Below, one piece after another: positions 43,040 through 56,006 of a DNA stretch of 64,000 nucleotides. Every line of letters begins with the position of its first letter. Position 1 is the first letter of the stretch. This DNA comes from Obrimoposthia wandeli (Eukaryota): positions 3,720,001 through 3,784,000 of the forward strand of contig CDROCS010000253.1 of NCBI GenBank assembly GCA_977020255.1. The letters are read 5' to 3'. The notes beneath the pieces are model-generated. The model saw only the letters and a list, made by a program, of their open reading frames with translations. It did not search any database and had not been told where the DNA came from. The position numbers and the translations under genes were made by a program.

Positions 43040-43812
43040 AATCAAATCAAACACATTGGTTTAACTTTTCAGCACAAGTAAACCAACGGCCATATTTTAA
43101 TAAATATCGCCTTAATAAAAAATGGTTAATTATTACCTTCGTCATCGCAAGTTGCCTCTTTGCCTATGTAAAACCACAACAATTTGCCGACTTATGGCTT
43201 ACACGTGATCAACAAGGACAAGTACTGTTTAATTTGGGTGATTACCAACAAGCAAGCAACACATTTAAAAGCACACAATGGCAAGCTTATAGTAGCTATG
43301 GCGCTGAGCAGTATAAAAATGCAGCCACCCTTTATGGTCAATTTACAGATGTCGATAACCAAATAGCCAAAGCAAATGCCCTTGCCCATGGCCGCGAATA
43401 CATAAATGCACGCAATATATATCAACAGATACTAATAATAGATCCAGAAAATTTAGCCGCTAGCACCAACATCGTTATTGTTCAGACCATTATTGATGAA
43501 GTGAACCGAATGTCTGAAAGTCAGGCACCGGAAGATGGAGAGTCGATAAAAGAGTTGGGTGACGAACCACAAACAGGCGACGGCGCCGAACAGAATGAAG
43601 CACCAAAAGAGCAAGAAATAGAACAGCTCAGTGCTGAACAACTGCTACTTGACCCGAGTTTAAATGAAATGTGGTTAAGACAGGTACAGAAAAACCCTGC
43701 TAATTTTTTATCGCAAAAATTTTACATGCAACAAACTATTAAGAATAAAAAGGATAATCAAAAAATAAATAGCGATAAAAGTGGTAATAACAAAGGAGCT
43801 AATGATGAATAA
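43033..43812 (+). CDS. TPR protein (BatC-like)
   Basis: TM then TPR-like helices and acidic linker; ATG 43033 overlaps upstream stop. Confidence 0.8.
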   Translation: MVKSNQTHWFNFSAQVNQRPYFNKYRLNKKWLIITFVIASCLFAYVKPQQFADLWLTRDQQGQVLFNLGDYQQASNTFKSTQWQAYSSYGAEQYKNAATLYGQFTDVDNQIAKANALAHGREYINARNIYQQILIIDPENLAASTNIVIVQTIIDEVNRMSESQAPEDGESIKELGDEPQTGDGAEQNEAPKEQEIEQLSAEQLLLDPSLNEMWLRQVQKNPANFLSQKFYMQQTIKNKKDNQKINSDKSGNNKGANDE

Positions 43813-45202
43813 CAAACTTATTCAACTACTGACATTTATTGCCATTATATGCCAGCTAACGGTAATTCCAACCGTAACTGCGGCTCAAAACATCGAAGAT
43901 TTAGTCAATCAAGATAAGTTAACTATTAGTCTTGAGGTCAATCAAAAAGAACAACAAGTAGTGGGCCAAGCCCTCATACTGGCTATCGAAATTTCAACAG
44001 ACCGATGGTTTGCTACTGGTAGCAAAATTCAGCCTTTCACCTTGAAAAACGTTGTAATGCAAGCAAACAACACTACAACGATCAATGGCAACAAACGTAT
44101 CAATGGTCAAACATGGGCAACACAAACTCATGAAATCACCCTATACCCAACTGAATCAGGTGCTTATCAAGTTCCTCCAATAACGATGAATATATCCGTT
44201 AACACAAAAAACGATGGCATCGTTAGCGGCGTACTCAGTACTCAAGAAAGTAGTTTTAATATTGAATTACCTCAAGCACTTGAAGGTATTAAATATTTTA
44301 TCGTATCATCACAGGTAACTCTGAGTATTGATGGTTTATTTGATGAAGAAAAAGACTATGCTGTAGGTGAAGCAATCACGCAGACCATAACAATTACAGC
44401 CAGTGATACACCAGCAATGATGATAACGCCAATTAACTTGGTAGCGAATAATTTAGAGGTTACTGATCTAACACCGGATGATAAATCGACGGATAATAAG
44501 CTGGCGAGTAATAAAACCACGTTAGATGGGATCAGCATTTATCACAAACCTGCGCAAGTTTTTGATAAGTCTAATCGAGGTACCTTATTAGGTACTCGGG
44601 TAGAGTCTTTTACTTATATTTTTGAAAAGCCGGGACATTATGTAATCGATGAACAAGTTATCTACTGGTGGAATAGCCAAAGCAACACACTGGAGCGTTT
44701 GTTGATTCCATCATCCAAATGGACAGTTTCTGACGGAGGCTTAGGCCGAATTAGCTCATTTCATACTTTAACAGCGTTTAACATCACTATTGAAACAGTA
44801 ATACCTATTATTATCGTGATAGTGTTACTCATGCTTATTTCTATAGGGTTTATAAAGCGTTATTATTTATCTGCTCTATATAACAAATTCACTAAACGCG
44901 AACAAAGGTTACTGCGTAGTAAATTTTTAAATGCGGTAAACCAAAAGAGCTACTTAAGTGCAACGCAATACCTCTACCAATATGCCTTATTACAAAATAA
45001 AAAAACGTTCACCGCAAGCTGCCCGCAATCTGTCACATTAAATAAATTAGCTTTCAACGTAAACAATGTAGAAAAGGTACCGCTAAGCTTTACTGTTAAC
45101 GAAGCTGAGGCTCTAATTAGTGAAATTGATGCAAGTACATCTAAAAAAGAAGGAACAGCTAATTTCATTCCTAACGAGCGCATTAAGCTTAACAGAGACT
45201 AA
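43802..45202 (+). CDS. BatD-like membrane-anchored protein
   Basis: signal peptide, beta-rich region, C-terminal TM; last gene of the MoxR operon; start overlaps upstream stop. Confidence 0.75.
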   Translation: MMNNKLIQLLTFIAIICQLTVIPTVTAAQNIEDLVNQDKLTISLEVNQKEQQVVGQALILAIEISTDRWFATGSKIQPFTLKNVVMQANNTTTINGNKRINGQTWATQTHEITLYPTESGAYQVPPITMNISVNTKNDGIVSGVLSTQESSFNIELPQALEGIKYFIVSSQVTLSIDGLFDEEKDYAVGEAITQTITITASDTPAMMITPINLVANNLEVTDLTPDDKSTDNKLASNKTTLDGISIYHKPAQVFDKSNRGTLLGTRVESFTYIFEKPGHYVIDEQVIYWWNSQSNTLERLLIPSSKWTVSDGGLGRISSFHTLTAFNITIETVIPIIIVIVLLMLISIGFIKRYYLSALYNKFTKREQRLLRSKFLNAVNQKSYLSATQYLYQYALLQNKKTFTASCPQSVTLNKLAFNVNNVEKVPLSFTVNEAEALISEIDASTSKKEGTANFIPNERIKLNRD

Positions 45203-45294
45203 GTAGGCATGAATAGATGACAGTCATTAACTGTAATCAATTAATCCGTTTGGTATAAGTCAATATAGGACGACTTAAAACATTTTTTACCCAT

Positions 45295-45331
45295 AAAAAA
45301 CCCGTATTAGCTTTCACTAATACGGGTTTTA
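45295..45331. terminator. bidirectional terminator between batD-like and ihfA
   Basis: AAAAAACCCGTATTAG-ctttca-CTAATACGGGTTTTT. Confidence 0.85.
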
Positions 45332-45454
45332 TTATTTTACTTTATTTTAACAAGTACTGAGTCACCTACAGAATAAGGAACTATAACTGAATAATAAAAT
45401 TACTCAGTTTAATTTAGCGAAATGAACATTCCTTATTTTAGTCGCTATATTTAT

Positions 45455-45748
45455 TTAGTCACTATTTCCGTCTTCTACACGGCTTTTCAGTTTTTGGCCT
45501 GGTCTAAAGGTAACCACTTTACGGGCAGAGATTGGAATATCTTCACCCGTTTTAGGATTACGTCCAGGACGCTCGCTTTTTAAACGTAGGTCGAAATTAC
45601 CAAAACCTGAAAGCTTAACTTGATCACCACTTTCTAAGGTTTCGCGAATTTCTTCAAAGAAGATTTCAACCATGTCTTTTGCGTCGCGCTTGCTCAGCCC
45701 AACTTTTTCAAATAAATGTTCTGCTACTTCTGCTTTGGTAAGCGCCAT
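45455..45748 (-). CDS. ihfA: integration host factor alpha
   Basis: [25 protein letters not shown]. Confidence 0.98.
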   Translation of the reverse strand: MALTKAEVAEHLFEKVGLSKRDAKDMVEIFFEEIRETLESGDQVKLSGFGNFDLRLKSERPGRNPKTGEDIPISARKVVTFRPGQKLKSRVEDGNSD

Positions 45749-45751
45749 TGC

Positions 45752-48190
45752 TTAGTCCCTCAGTGATGCATTTAATTCTGTTTTTAATGTTGCAACAACT
45801 CTATCAATAACATCTGTGATGTCTTTTTCTTCAAGAGTTTTACTGGTGTCTTGTAATACTAGGGCTATGGCTAGACTTTTGAAACCGTCATCAATGCCTT
45901 GACCTTTGTATACATCAAATAAGTTTAGATCAATTAAATAATTTCCGCCAACCTTTTCAATAAGTTGTAACACTTTTTTTGCATCAACGTCTTCTTTAAC
46001 GACTATTGCTAAGTCTCGACGATTAGCAGGAAAGCGAGAGATATCAGTGGCTTCAGGGATTTTTTGCACTAAGACCTCAGACAATAATAGCTCGAAAATT
46101 AATGTGCGGCCGTTTAAGCCTAATTTTCTTTCTAATTCAGGATGTAAGGTTCCAACACAACCGACAAAAACACCATTCTTAGTAATTTGTGCCGTTTGAC
46201 CCGGATGTAAAGCATCAACTTCAGCTTTTGAAAACTCATAACCCTGTGCATCACAAGTCAGTGCCAATAAAGCTTCAACATCACCTTTAATATCATAAAA
46301 ATCAGTTGCCGCTTTTTCCATACTCCAATGTTCATCAACACGAAGACCACTGATAACACCCGCGATCATATTTTGTTGACGAACACCATTTTCTGCATTC
46401 TCATCTGGCACAAAACGCAAGCCAGTTTCAAATAAGCGTATTCGGCCTTGCTGACGGTTTTGATTATAAACCATCGACTGTAATAAACCGGTCCATAAAC
46501 TTAGGCGCATTACCGACATTTCAGAAGAGATGGGGTGTGGTAACGTCATCACCTCTTGTCCTGGATGTAATAAGGCTTGTACTTTTGGGTCAACAAAACT
46601 GTAAGTGATCGCTTCTTGGTAATCACGATTTACTAAGGTTTGTTTTAAGTTTGATAAAGAAAGCTTAGCTTCTTTTTTCTCACACATTTTCAAGGTTGCT
46701 TTTGGCGCAATATTTGGAATATTGTTATAGCCAAAAATACGCGCCACTTCTTCAATTAAATCAACTTCGATTTTAATATCAAAACGATAAGCAGCCACAA
46801 TTACTTGCCATACTTTAGCTACGCCTTCGCCTGTTGTACTAACAGTAAAACCAAGACGGGTAAGAATTTCACTTACTTGTGCATCTTCAATATGATGACC
46901 AATACGACTATCTAACATTTTACGACGTAAATTTACGTCTTTTGTTTGCGGAATGTTAGCGTCAGATTTAGCTTCAACAACGGGACCTGCTTGACCACCA
47001 ACAATGGTTAGTAACAGTTCAGTCGCTCGCTCTATTGCATCATGCTGTAACGTTGGGTCTATACCTCGTTCATAACGATGTGAAGAGTCGGTATGTAAGC
47101 CGTATTGACGTGCTTTACCTAAGATAGCTAACGGTGCAAAAAATGCACTTTCTAAAAATATATCAGTAGTGTTATTGGTAACACCTGATTCAAGACCACC
47201 AAAGATACCAGCCATGGCTAATGCTTTGCCATTACCGTCAACACCAGTATCAGCAATAACTAAAGTACCTTCTTTCAACGTAACTTCATTTTCATCTAAT
47301 AACGTTAACTTTTCGTCTTTATTAGCGAAACGTACATTAATGCCACCCTCTAACTTAGCTAAATCGAAAGCATGCATTGGATGACCCAATTCAAGTAAGA
47401 TGTAGTTAGTTACATCAACAACAGGGTCTATTGAACGTGTACCACAACGACGAAGCTTTTCGACCATCCAAAGTGGTGTCGTTGCATTAGGGTTAATGCC
47501 CTTAATAACACGACCTAAGTAACGAGGACATGCTTCAACCGCATCAATATTGATAGCTAATGCATCATCAATCGTTGGCACTACAGCTGTAATGGTTGGC
47601 TCAGTAACTTCTAAAGAGTTTAATACACCTACTTCACGTGCTAAGCCTTTAAGACCTAAACAATCACCACGGTTAGCCGTTAAATCAACATCAATAGTCA
47701 CGTCATTTAAATCTAAATATTCACGTACACATTGACCTAATGGCGCGTCATTGGCTAACTCCATAATGCCATCTGAGTCATCGGCCAAACCAATTTCAGA
47801 TTCACTACACAACATACCAAAAGAAGGTACACCACGTAATTTTGCTTTTTTGATTTTAAAATCGCCAGGTAGTACCGCGCCCACAGTTGCAACCGCTACT
47901 TTTAAACCTAAACGACAGTTTTTAGCACCACAAACGATATCAACTAACTCGCCTTTTTCTACCGTAGTAGAACTGTAATCGCCTAAACTAATTTTTGTTA
48001 CTTGTAACTTATCAGCATCAGGGTGTGGTCCACATTCAACCACTTCACCAATAACAACACCGCTAAACTCGCCCGCTACGGGGTCAACACCGTCAACCTC
48101 TAAGCCAGCCATTGTTATTTGATGTGCTAAATCATCAGAAGAAAGTGCAGGATTAACCCACTCACGTAACCAAGATTCACTAAATTTCAT
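45752..48190 (-). CDS. pheT: phenylalanine--tRNA ligase beta subunit
   Basis: [32 protein letters not shown]-like RYERG. Confidence 0.98.
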   Translation of the reverse strand: MKFSESWLREWVNPALSSDDLAHQITMAGLEVDGVDPVAGEFSGVVIGEVVECGPHPDADKLQVTKISLGDYSSTTVEKGELVDIVCGAKNCRLGLKVAVATVGAVLPGDFKIKKAKLRGVPSFGMLCSESEIGLADDSDGIMELANDAPLGQCVREYLDLNDVTIDVDLTANRGDCLGLKGLAREVGVLNSLEVTEPTITAVVPTIDDALAINIDAVEACPRYLGRVIKGINPNATTPLWMVEKLRRCGTRSIDPVVDVTNYILLELGHPMHAFDLAKLEGGINVRFANKDEKLTLLDENEVTLKEGTLVIADTGVDGNGKALAMAGIFGGLESGVTNNTTDIFLESAFFAPLAILGKARQYGLHTDSSHRYERGIDPTLQHDAIERATELLLTIVGGQAGPVVEAKSDANIPQTKDVNLRRKMLDSRIGHHIEDAQVSEILTRLGFTVSTTGEGVAKVWQVIVAAYRFDIKIEVDLIEEVARIFGYNNIPNIAPKATLKMCEKKEAKLSLSNLKQTLVNRDYQEAITYSFVDPKVQALLHPGQEVMTLPHPISSEMSVMRLSLWTGLLQSMVYNQNRQQGRIRLFETGLRFVPDENAENGVRQQNMIAGVISGLRVDEHWSMEKAATDFYDIKGDVEALLALTCDAQGYEFSKAEVDALHPGQTAQITKNGVFVGCVGTLHPELERKLGLNGRTLIFELLLSEVLVQKIPEATDISRFPANRRDLAIVVKEDVDAKKVLQLIEKVGGNYLIDLNLFDVYKGQGIDDGFKSLAIALVLQDTSKTLEEKDITDVIDRVVATLKTELNASLRD

Positions 48191-48201
48191 TATGAGTTTT
48201 C

Positions 48202-49233
<1,032 letters not shown>

Positions 49234-49410
49234 TTAGCTTTTCTTATGAAAAAAGGCCAGCTGGGTAAGCCATTTAGCTATAGACTAATGTAAATAATAA
49301 AAATGCTGTTGATTTTACACGAAAACTTAGCTTTAGGTAGCAGTAATAGCGGCTTTTTTAATGATATATAGCCAAACTACATAAGGATTAAGGTTTCAAC
49401 AGGAGTTATA

Positions 49411-49510
49411 TACCCGTTCCACTTGAAGATGCAGGATTTAGCTGGAATTATAAACGCCTTTAGGCAAGGCCCTGATTGAAGAGAATAGTTATTCTATTGT
49501 CAAAATAGGC
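49411..49510. mobile_element. ERIC-like MITE, truncated (one end only; right limit approximate)
   Basis: TA-TACCCGTTCCACTTGAAGATGCAGGATTTAG...; no matching right end found. Confidence 0.7.
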
Positions 49511-49587
49511 ACACAAACACGTACCTTTAACAATGAATCTATTCATACAGAATAAATAAAGAGGAATTAAGTATCATTTTCTCCTTA

Positions 49588-49818
49588 TTAATCTTTTGCT
49601 TCGCTTTCTCGTTTAATTAAAAGAAAGGTCAGATACATTTTAGTCGGTAAAGAGAACACCAAGCCAAAGGCGATACACATAGCACTAATGATAATACCTG
49701 TGACACCAAGTGATTCCATATAATCACTAAATGAGTGTAAATAAATCCCTAACAGGATCAGAGATATGCCAATGCAAATAGAAATTTTCAATAAGAGAAC
49801 TAAACGTTTTTCTGTCAT
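49588..49818 (-). CDS. small two-TM hypothetical membrane protein
   Basis: 76-aa ORF with two hydrophobic helices filling the gap between ydiJ and pheS. Confidence 0.65.
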   Translation of the reverse strand: MTEKRLVLLLKISICIGISLILLGIYLHSFSDYMESLGVTGIIISAMCIAFGLVFSLPTKMYLTFLLIKRESEAKD

Positions 49819-49951
49819 AAATTACTCTGTAAAACTTAAAGATAATACAAATTTAATACAAAGATAATATACCAACATTATACATAAGTACTTATTGAGC
49901 AAGATCATTGTCTTGTCCAATAAGTACCTAATTTTACTTTTCCGCTTACTC

Positions 49952-52900
49952 TTAACTTAAAGAATCCAATATTGCTGCTACCGGATGTCTGGCTTTCAAA
50001 TCACTGAAACGCTTCACTTGTGAACGACAAGAAAAGCCAGTTGCTAATATTTGTTCACTGGCTAACGCTGCTACCTTAGGCTGCCAACTCAACTCAAATA
50101 AACCTTTAGAATTATCGAAGTTAGCTTTTTCATGCCCATAAGTACCTGCCATTCCGCAACAACCAACACTGACTTTTTCTAATGCTAAGCCAAAATACTC
50201 AAAAATTGACTGCCATTCATTTTCACTGTTTACTAACGCTGTTTTTTCTGTGCAATGAGAGAAAAGTTTGAAGACCTTTCCTTTTGATAGTTCTTTAGAA
50301 AGTTCTATCGACGCGTCCTTTGAAGCTAACGTTCCTTTAAAAACGGTATCTTTTTTGATAAAAGTCAATAACCATTCATGGGCAAGTAATACCGAAAAGT
50401 TACCACGATTCTCTTGCAAGGTTTTCGCGTATTCATCGCGATAACATAAGACCATTGAAGCATCCATTCCCAACATAGGAATATCAAGTTCCGCCAGTTG
50501 ATTTAAGAAATCACTACTTGATTTGGCTGTTTTAGCAAAACGCCCTAAGAATCCTTTAACATGTTGCGCTTTACCATTTGGCTTAAAGGGCAATAAAATC
50601 GGCTCTAAACCCAGTTTTTTAATCAAGCTCATCATACTTTCTACCGTAGTAGCATCATAAAATGAGGTAAAAGGGTCTTGTACTATCAGTACATAACCTT
50701 TGCGCTGATACGTAGTTAAATTTTGTAATTTACTCAAATCAAACCCTGAAAACCCTGCTTTTTTCACTTGTTTTTTCAAGGTCGGTACAGAAAGTAAAGG
50801 CGTATTAACATAACCAATCGTTTTGGCTGATAGCTTTTCATAAAGGGTAGTGTTAAGTACCGCATTAACGATTTTAGGCGCTTTTGCCATTAATGGCGCC
50901 AATATTTCAACATTAGCAACAAGGTGATCTTTTAATGGTCTGGCATAACGGGAGTAATAGATATTAATAAAGCGCGATCTAAAATCGGGCACATCTACTT
51001 TGATAGGACATTGGCTTGCGCACGCTTTACACGCTAAACAGCCTTGCATAGCCTCCATCACTTCGTGTGAGAAATCACCATTACCATTTTCATCTTGTTG
51101 AGGTTTGCTAATAAAATTAACACGAAGTTTTTCAGCGGCACTGCTTAGTATCTCTTTTACCGACCAAATACTTTTCGGTGTATTAATGTTGTCTTCTAGT
51201 TTAAGAATATCAACACCTTGTTTTTCTAATAAGCGTAGCCATTCACGCATCAAACCAGCACGCCCTTTTGGAGAATGACGTCTATCTCGCGTAATTTTGC
51301 TCGACGGACACATTGGGCTATCTGCATCATAATTGAAACATAAACCGTTACCGTTACAATCCAGTGCTGCAATAAACGACTCTTTAACCGTCACAGGAAT
51401 TTGTCTATCAAAGCTGCCACGTTTGGTATCATCAACGCTTACTAATTGCTCACTAGAATCAAAGGGGGTACAAATTTTGCCTGGATTCATTTTATTAAGT
51501 GGGTCAAATACCGTTTTTATTTTTCTAAGTTCGCTAAATAATTGCTCACCAAAAAATGCTGGACCATACTCACTGCGATAACCTCGACCATGTTCGCCCC
51601 ACATAAGGCCACCATATTTGGCGGTTAGCTTGACGACTTCATCGGAAATAGTGCGTAATAATTTTTCTTGCTCAGGATCACACATATCCAGTGCAGGACG
51701 TACATGTAAAACCCCTGCATCGACATGACCAAACATGCCATAATTTAATTCATAGCCGTCAAGTAGCGCGCGAAACTCTCCAATAAAATCGGCAAGATTC
51801 TCTGGTGGTACCGCGGTATCTTCTGCAAAGGCTAACGGTTTTTGACTGCCTTCTGTTTTACCCAGCAGTCCAACCGCCTTTTTACGCATCGCATAAAGTT
51901 TATTAATACTGGCAAGATCTGAAGTGACTTGATAACCAATAACGCCACAACTACCCGAAGATTCTCCTAATGAAAACTCTTGAGTAATCAACCCATCAAG
52001 CTTAGCCGTGAGCTCAGCTACTTGTGCTGCTAAGCCTTCAACACTATCGCCGTTATATTCAACAATATTAATACCGTCCATTGTTTTACCTGGCACATCA
52101 GTGATTAAATCACTGACGCTATGCCAAACAATATCTTGCTTAGCCAGATTTAATACGCGTGAATCAATCGTTTCTACTGACGTTGCCTTGGCTTCAACCA
52201 ATGCAGGTGAATGGCGAAGTGCGGAATCAAAACTATCATATTTTATATTAATCAGTGTTTTAGCGACGCGAATAGGATTAATGTTCAGCTTTGCTTCACA
52301 GACAAATGCTAATGAGCCTTCAGAGCCTGTGATCAAGCGAGATAAATCAACGCCAGTAATCTCACCATCATCGTTTGCTATTAATACATTCTCTAAATCG
52401 TAACCGGTTAAAAAGCGATTTAAGCGTGGAAAGGTCTTTAACACCAAATCACGATTTTCAATACATGACTCAAGTACCTGCGCCATTATATTTGCATGAG
52501 AGCTTGCATGGGAAGTTGAATGAGCGCTGGCATCAGTATCGCTTTGATTACTACTTTGCCCAGCTAAGTCTTGTGCTTGCGCTAAAGTCATTGGTTCAGT
52601 ATTGAAGATCTCACCATTAGCCAATACAGATTCAAGCGCCAACACATGGTTTGAGGTTTTTCCGTAAACTAACGAGCCTTGTCCAGATGCATCGGTATTG
52701 ATCATACCGCCAATAGTGGCGCGGTTTGAGGTAGATAAATCGGGGGCAAAGAAAAAACCATGGGGACGTAAGTAGTCATTGAGTTGGTCTTTAACCACAC
52801 CAGCTTCAACGCGAACCCATTTTTCATCTACATTGATTTCTAATACTTTATTCATGTATTTAGATAAATCAACCACAACACCTGGCGTTAAACTTTGCCC

Positions 52901-53173
52901 GTTAGTGCCAGTACCACCACCACGCGCGCTAAACTTTATACTCAGGTATTGCTCATTACTCGCGGTTTTGGCCAGTAAAGCGATATCGGCTTTACTGCGC
53001 GGATGAATAACTAATTGCGGCAACTGCTGATAAATACTGTTGTCGGTTGCAACGACAAGTCTCGCACTATAACTGGCATTAATATCACCAGTAAAGTTGT
53101 TGTCTTTTAATGAACTAATAAAATCGTCATATAAAGGAGGAAGATGATTTTTATGGCTAATATGGGGAAGCAT
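49952..53173 (-). CDS. ydiJ: FAD-binding, Fe-S-binding oxidoreductase (YdiJ, D-2-hydroxyglutarate dehydrogenase family)
   Basis: RGGGTGTNGQ, GEHGRG, CNGNGLC, CLACKACASQCP, CCGMAG; adjacent to ppsA as in enterobacteria. Confidence 0.88.
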   Translation of the reverse strand: MLPHISHKNHLPPLYDDFISSLKDNNFTGDINASYSARLVVATDNSIYQQLPQLVIHPRSKADIALLAKTASNEQYLSIKFSARGGGTGTNGQSLTPGVVVDLSKYMNKVLEINVDEKWVRVEAGVVKDQLNDYLRPHGFFFAPDLSTSNRATIGGMINTDASGQGSLVYGKTSNHVLALESVLANGEIFNTEPMTLAQAQDLAGQSSNQSDTDASAHSTSHASSHANIMAQVLESCIENRDLVLKTFPRLNRFLTGYDLENVLIANDDGEITGVDLSRLITGSEGSLAFVCEAKLNINPIRVAKTLINIKYDSFDSALRHSPALVEAKATSVETIDSRVLNLAKQDIVWHSVSDLITDVPGKTMDGINIVEYNGDSVEGLAAQVAELTAKLDGLITQEFSLGESSGSCGVIGYQVTSDLASINKLYAMRKKAVGLLGKTEGSQKPLAFAEDTAVPPENLADFIGEFRALLDGYELNYGMFGHVDAGVLHVRPALDMCDPEQEKLLRTISDEVVKLTAKYGGLMWGEHGRGYRSEYGPAFFGEQLFSELRKIKTVFDPLNKMNPGKICTPFDSSEQLVSVDDTKRGSFDRQIPVTVKESFIAALDCNGNGLCFNYDADSPMCPSSKITRDRRHSPKGRAGLMREWLRLLEKQGVDILKLEDNINTPKSIWSVKEILSSAAEKLRVNFISKPQQDENGNGDFSHEVMEAMQGCLACKACASQCPIKVDVPDFRSRFINIYYSRYARPLKDHLVANVEILAPLMAKAPKIVNAVLNTTLYEKLSAKTIGYVNTPLLSVPTLKKQVKKAGFSGFDLSKLQNLTTYQRKGYVLIVQDPFTSFYDATTVESMMSLIKKLGLEPILLPFKPNGKAQHVKGFLGRFAKTAKSSSDFLNQLAELDIPMLGMDASMVLCYRDEYAKTLQENRGNFSVLLAHEWLLTFIKKDTVFKGTLASKDASIELSKELSKGKVFKLFSHCTEKTALVNSENEWQSIFEYFGLALEKVSVGCCGMAGTYGHEKANFDNSKGLFELSWQPKVAALASEQILATGFSCRSQVKRFSDLKARHPVAAILDSLS

Positions 53174-53451
53174 AACGACTTAACTTTTTTATAAAACAGG
53201 ACAGTGTTTCGAGTATATCATGTTGAAAATGGATTTTTACGCAATTGAGAGCGAAATATTCAATAATTTAAGGGGGTAAATGAATATTTATTTAACAACT
53301 TATTTAGCTACTTATTTTTCAAGTCATTTCGTTTTTCTTAACCTTATTTTGAGGCATAAAAAAACACGTTAGCTCAGCTAAGAGACCAACGTGTTTTTAA
53401 TATAGCTATTTCACCTACATGATTTTAGCTACACTCTTCACCTAAATAATA

Positions 53452-55839
53452 TTAAGCTTTTTTCGCTAATTGCTCAGCAAGGTATAACCATGTTGGTAAT
53501 ACTGTATCTGGGTTTAACGAGACACTATCAATGCCCTGCTCTACTAACCAAGCAGCAAAGTCTTCATGATCTGAAGGTCCTTGACCACAAATACCCACAT
53601 ATTTACCACGCGCTTTACAGGCTTTTATCGCCATCGCTAATAATATTTTTATTGCCGGGTCACGCTCATCAAATAAATGTGCGATTAAACCTGAGTCTCT
53701 ATCTAAACCAAGCGTTAACTGAGTTAAATCGTTTGAACCAATAGAGAAACCATCAAAGTAATCAAGGAATTGATCGGCTAATAACGCATTTGATGGTAAC
53801 TCACACATCATAATAATACGTAAACCATTTTCGCCACGTTTCAAGCCATGCTCAGCTAAAATATCAATAACCGCTGCCGCTTCGCCTAAGGTACGTACAA
53901 ACGGGATCATTACTTCAACATTGGTTAAATCCATGTCGTTACGAACACGCTTTATCGCTTCACACTCAAGGGCAAAACAATCTCTGAAATCTTTAGAGAT
54001 ATAACGCGCTGCACCACGATAACCAATCATTGGGTTTTCTTCGTGCGGTTCATATGCTTCGCCGCCAACAAGGTTAGCGTACTCATTTGATTTAAAATCA
54101 GACATGCGCACAATCACTTTCTCTGGTGAGTATGCTGCCGCTAACGTTGAAATACCTTCCGTTAGCTTAGCAATATAAAACTCAACAGGGCTGTCGTAAC
54201 CCACGATAATATCATTAATTTCGTCTTGTAATTCAGCAGGCTGTGTATCGAAATTAAGTAGTGCTTTAGGGTGAATGCCAATCATTTTATTGATGATAAA
54301 TTCTAAGCGCGCTAAACCAATACCAGCATGCGGTAAACGGGCAAAAGCAAAAGCTCTGTCTGGGTTACCCACATTCATCATAATTTTAAGTGGCAACTCT
54401 GGCATATCATTAATTTCAGACGTTTTCACATCAAAATCTAACTTACCACGGTAAATAAAACCGGTATCACCTTCAGCGCACGAAACTGTTACGTTATCGC
54501 CTGCGTTAATAAGCTCAGTCGCATTACCACAACCAACAACCGCAGGAATACCCATTTCACGTGCAATAATAGCAGCATGACAAGTTCTTCCGCCGCGATT
54601 AGTAACAATCGCTGAAGCGCGTTTCATGATAGGCTCCCAATCAGGGTCTGTCATATCAGTAACTAATACATCACCTGGTAGGATCTTATCCATTTCAGAC
54701 AATGACGATAAAACCTTCGCTTCACCACTACCAATTTTGTGGCCAATTGAACGCCCTTCACAAACAACGGTTAAATTATCGTTAGTTTGTAGTTGGAACT
54801 GTTCCATTACATTGGCATTTTCACGACTTCTAACTGTTTCAGGACGTGCTTGAACAATATATAACTTGCCGTCTAAACCATCTTTTGCCCATTCAATATC
54901 CATTGGATGACCGTAATGGTTTTCAATAATTACCGCTTGTTTAGCCAGTTCTTCAACTTCGCTGTCGGTTAATGAAAAACGGTTAGAATCAGCTTTATCA
55001 ATATCAACAATTTCAACTTGCTTAGAATGCTCTTGGCTATCTGAATACACCATTTTAATAGCTTTGCTACCAATATTACGACGTACTACTGCAGGTTTGC
55101 CTTTAGCTAGTGTTGGTTTATGAACATAAAATTCATCAGGGTTTACCGCGCCCTGCACTACCATTTCACCTAAACCAAAACTTGAGGTGATGAAAACAAC
55201 TTGGTCAAAACCAGATTCGGTATCAATAGAGAACATAACGCCTGAGGCAGAAATATCACTACGTACCATTTGCTGAATACCCGCAGATAACGCAACACCA
55301 CGATGGTCATAGCCTTGATGAACACGGTATGAAATAGCTCGGTCATTAAAAAGCGATGCAAATACATGTTTGATAGCAACCATGACTGAATCAAAACCAC
55401 GCACGTTTAAAAAGGTTTCTTGTTGGCCGGCAAAAGAGGCATCAGGCATATCTTCTGCTGTGGCAGAAGAACGTACCGCAAAAGAAGCATCATCTGAGAA
55501 GTCACCGGCAAGTTTTGCGTAAGCAGCTTCAATATCAGTCTGCATTTGAGGAAGAAATGGCGTATCAATAATCCATTGACGGATAACAGCACCACATTTA
55601 CCTAGCGCACTAATATCGTCAACGTCTAAGTCATCGAGGAGTTGGTAAATTTTTTCATTAATACCGCTTTGCTCTAAAAATTCATTAAATGCAAATGACG
55701 TAGTAGCAAACCCCGTAGGGACTTGCACGCCAACATTAGCTAAGTTAGAAATCATTTCACCAAGTGATGCATTTTTTCCGCCAACGCGGTCTACATCATT
55801 CATGCCTAAGCTTTGATACCAAAGAACATTTTCTTGCAC
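53452..55839 (-). CDS. ppsA: phosphoenolpyruvate synthase
   Basis: [42 protein letters not shown]. Confidence 0.98.
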   Translation of the reverse strand: MQENVLWYQSLGMNDVDRVGGKNASLGEMISNLANVGVQVPTGFATTSFAFNEFLEQSGINEKIYQLLDDLDVDDISALGKCGAVIRQWIIDTPFLPQMQTDIEAAYAKLAGDFSDDASFAVRSSATAEDMPDASFAGQQETFLNVRGFDSVMVAIKHVFASLFNDRAISYRVHQGYDHRGVALSAGIQQMVRSDISASGVMFSIDTESGFDQVVFITSSFGLGEMVVQGAVNPDEFYVHKPTLAKGKPAVVRRNIGSKAIKMVYSDSQEHSKQVEIVDIDKADSNRFSLTDSEVEELAKQAVIIENHYGHPMDIEWAKDGLDGKLYIVQARPETVRSRENANVMEQFQLQTNDNLTVVCEGRSIGHKIGSGEAKVLSSLSEMDKILPGDVLVTDMTDPDWEPIMKRASAIVTNRGGRTCHAAIIAREMGIPAVVGCGNATELINAGDNVTVSCAEGDTGFIYRGKLDFDVKTSEINDMPELPLKIMMNVGNPDRAFAFARLPHAGIGLARLEFIINKMIGIHPKALLNFDTQPAELQDEINDIIVGYDSPVEFYIAKLTEGISTLAAAYSPEKVIVRMSDFKSNEYANLVGGEAYEPHEENPMIGYRGAARYISKDFRDCFALECEAIKRVRNDMDLTNVEVMIPFVRTLGEAAAVIDILAEHGLKRGENGLRIIMMCELPSNALLADQFLDYFDGFSIGSNDLTQLTLGLDRDSGLIAHLFDERDPAIKILLAMAIKACKARGKYVGICGQGPSDHEDFAAWLVEQGIDSVSLNPDTVLPTWLYLAEQLAKKA

Positions 55840-56006
55840 GTCACTTCTCCAATTAAAAAATAAATTTGTTTATTTATCTGAATACATTCTACACTGCCCG
55901 TTGTAAAAACTAAAAGACAAAATATAATATAAGTTAAAAGTTTTCATTATAACTTTCATAACAACATCATCACTAACAAATAACGATTCAATAAGAAGAA
56001 TTAACT

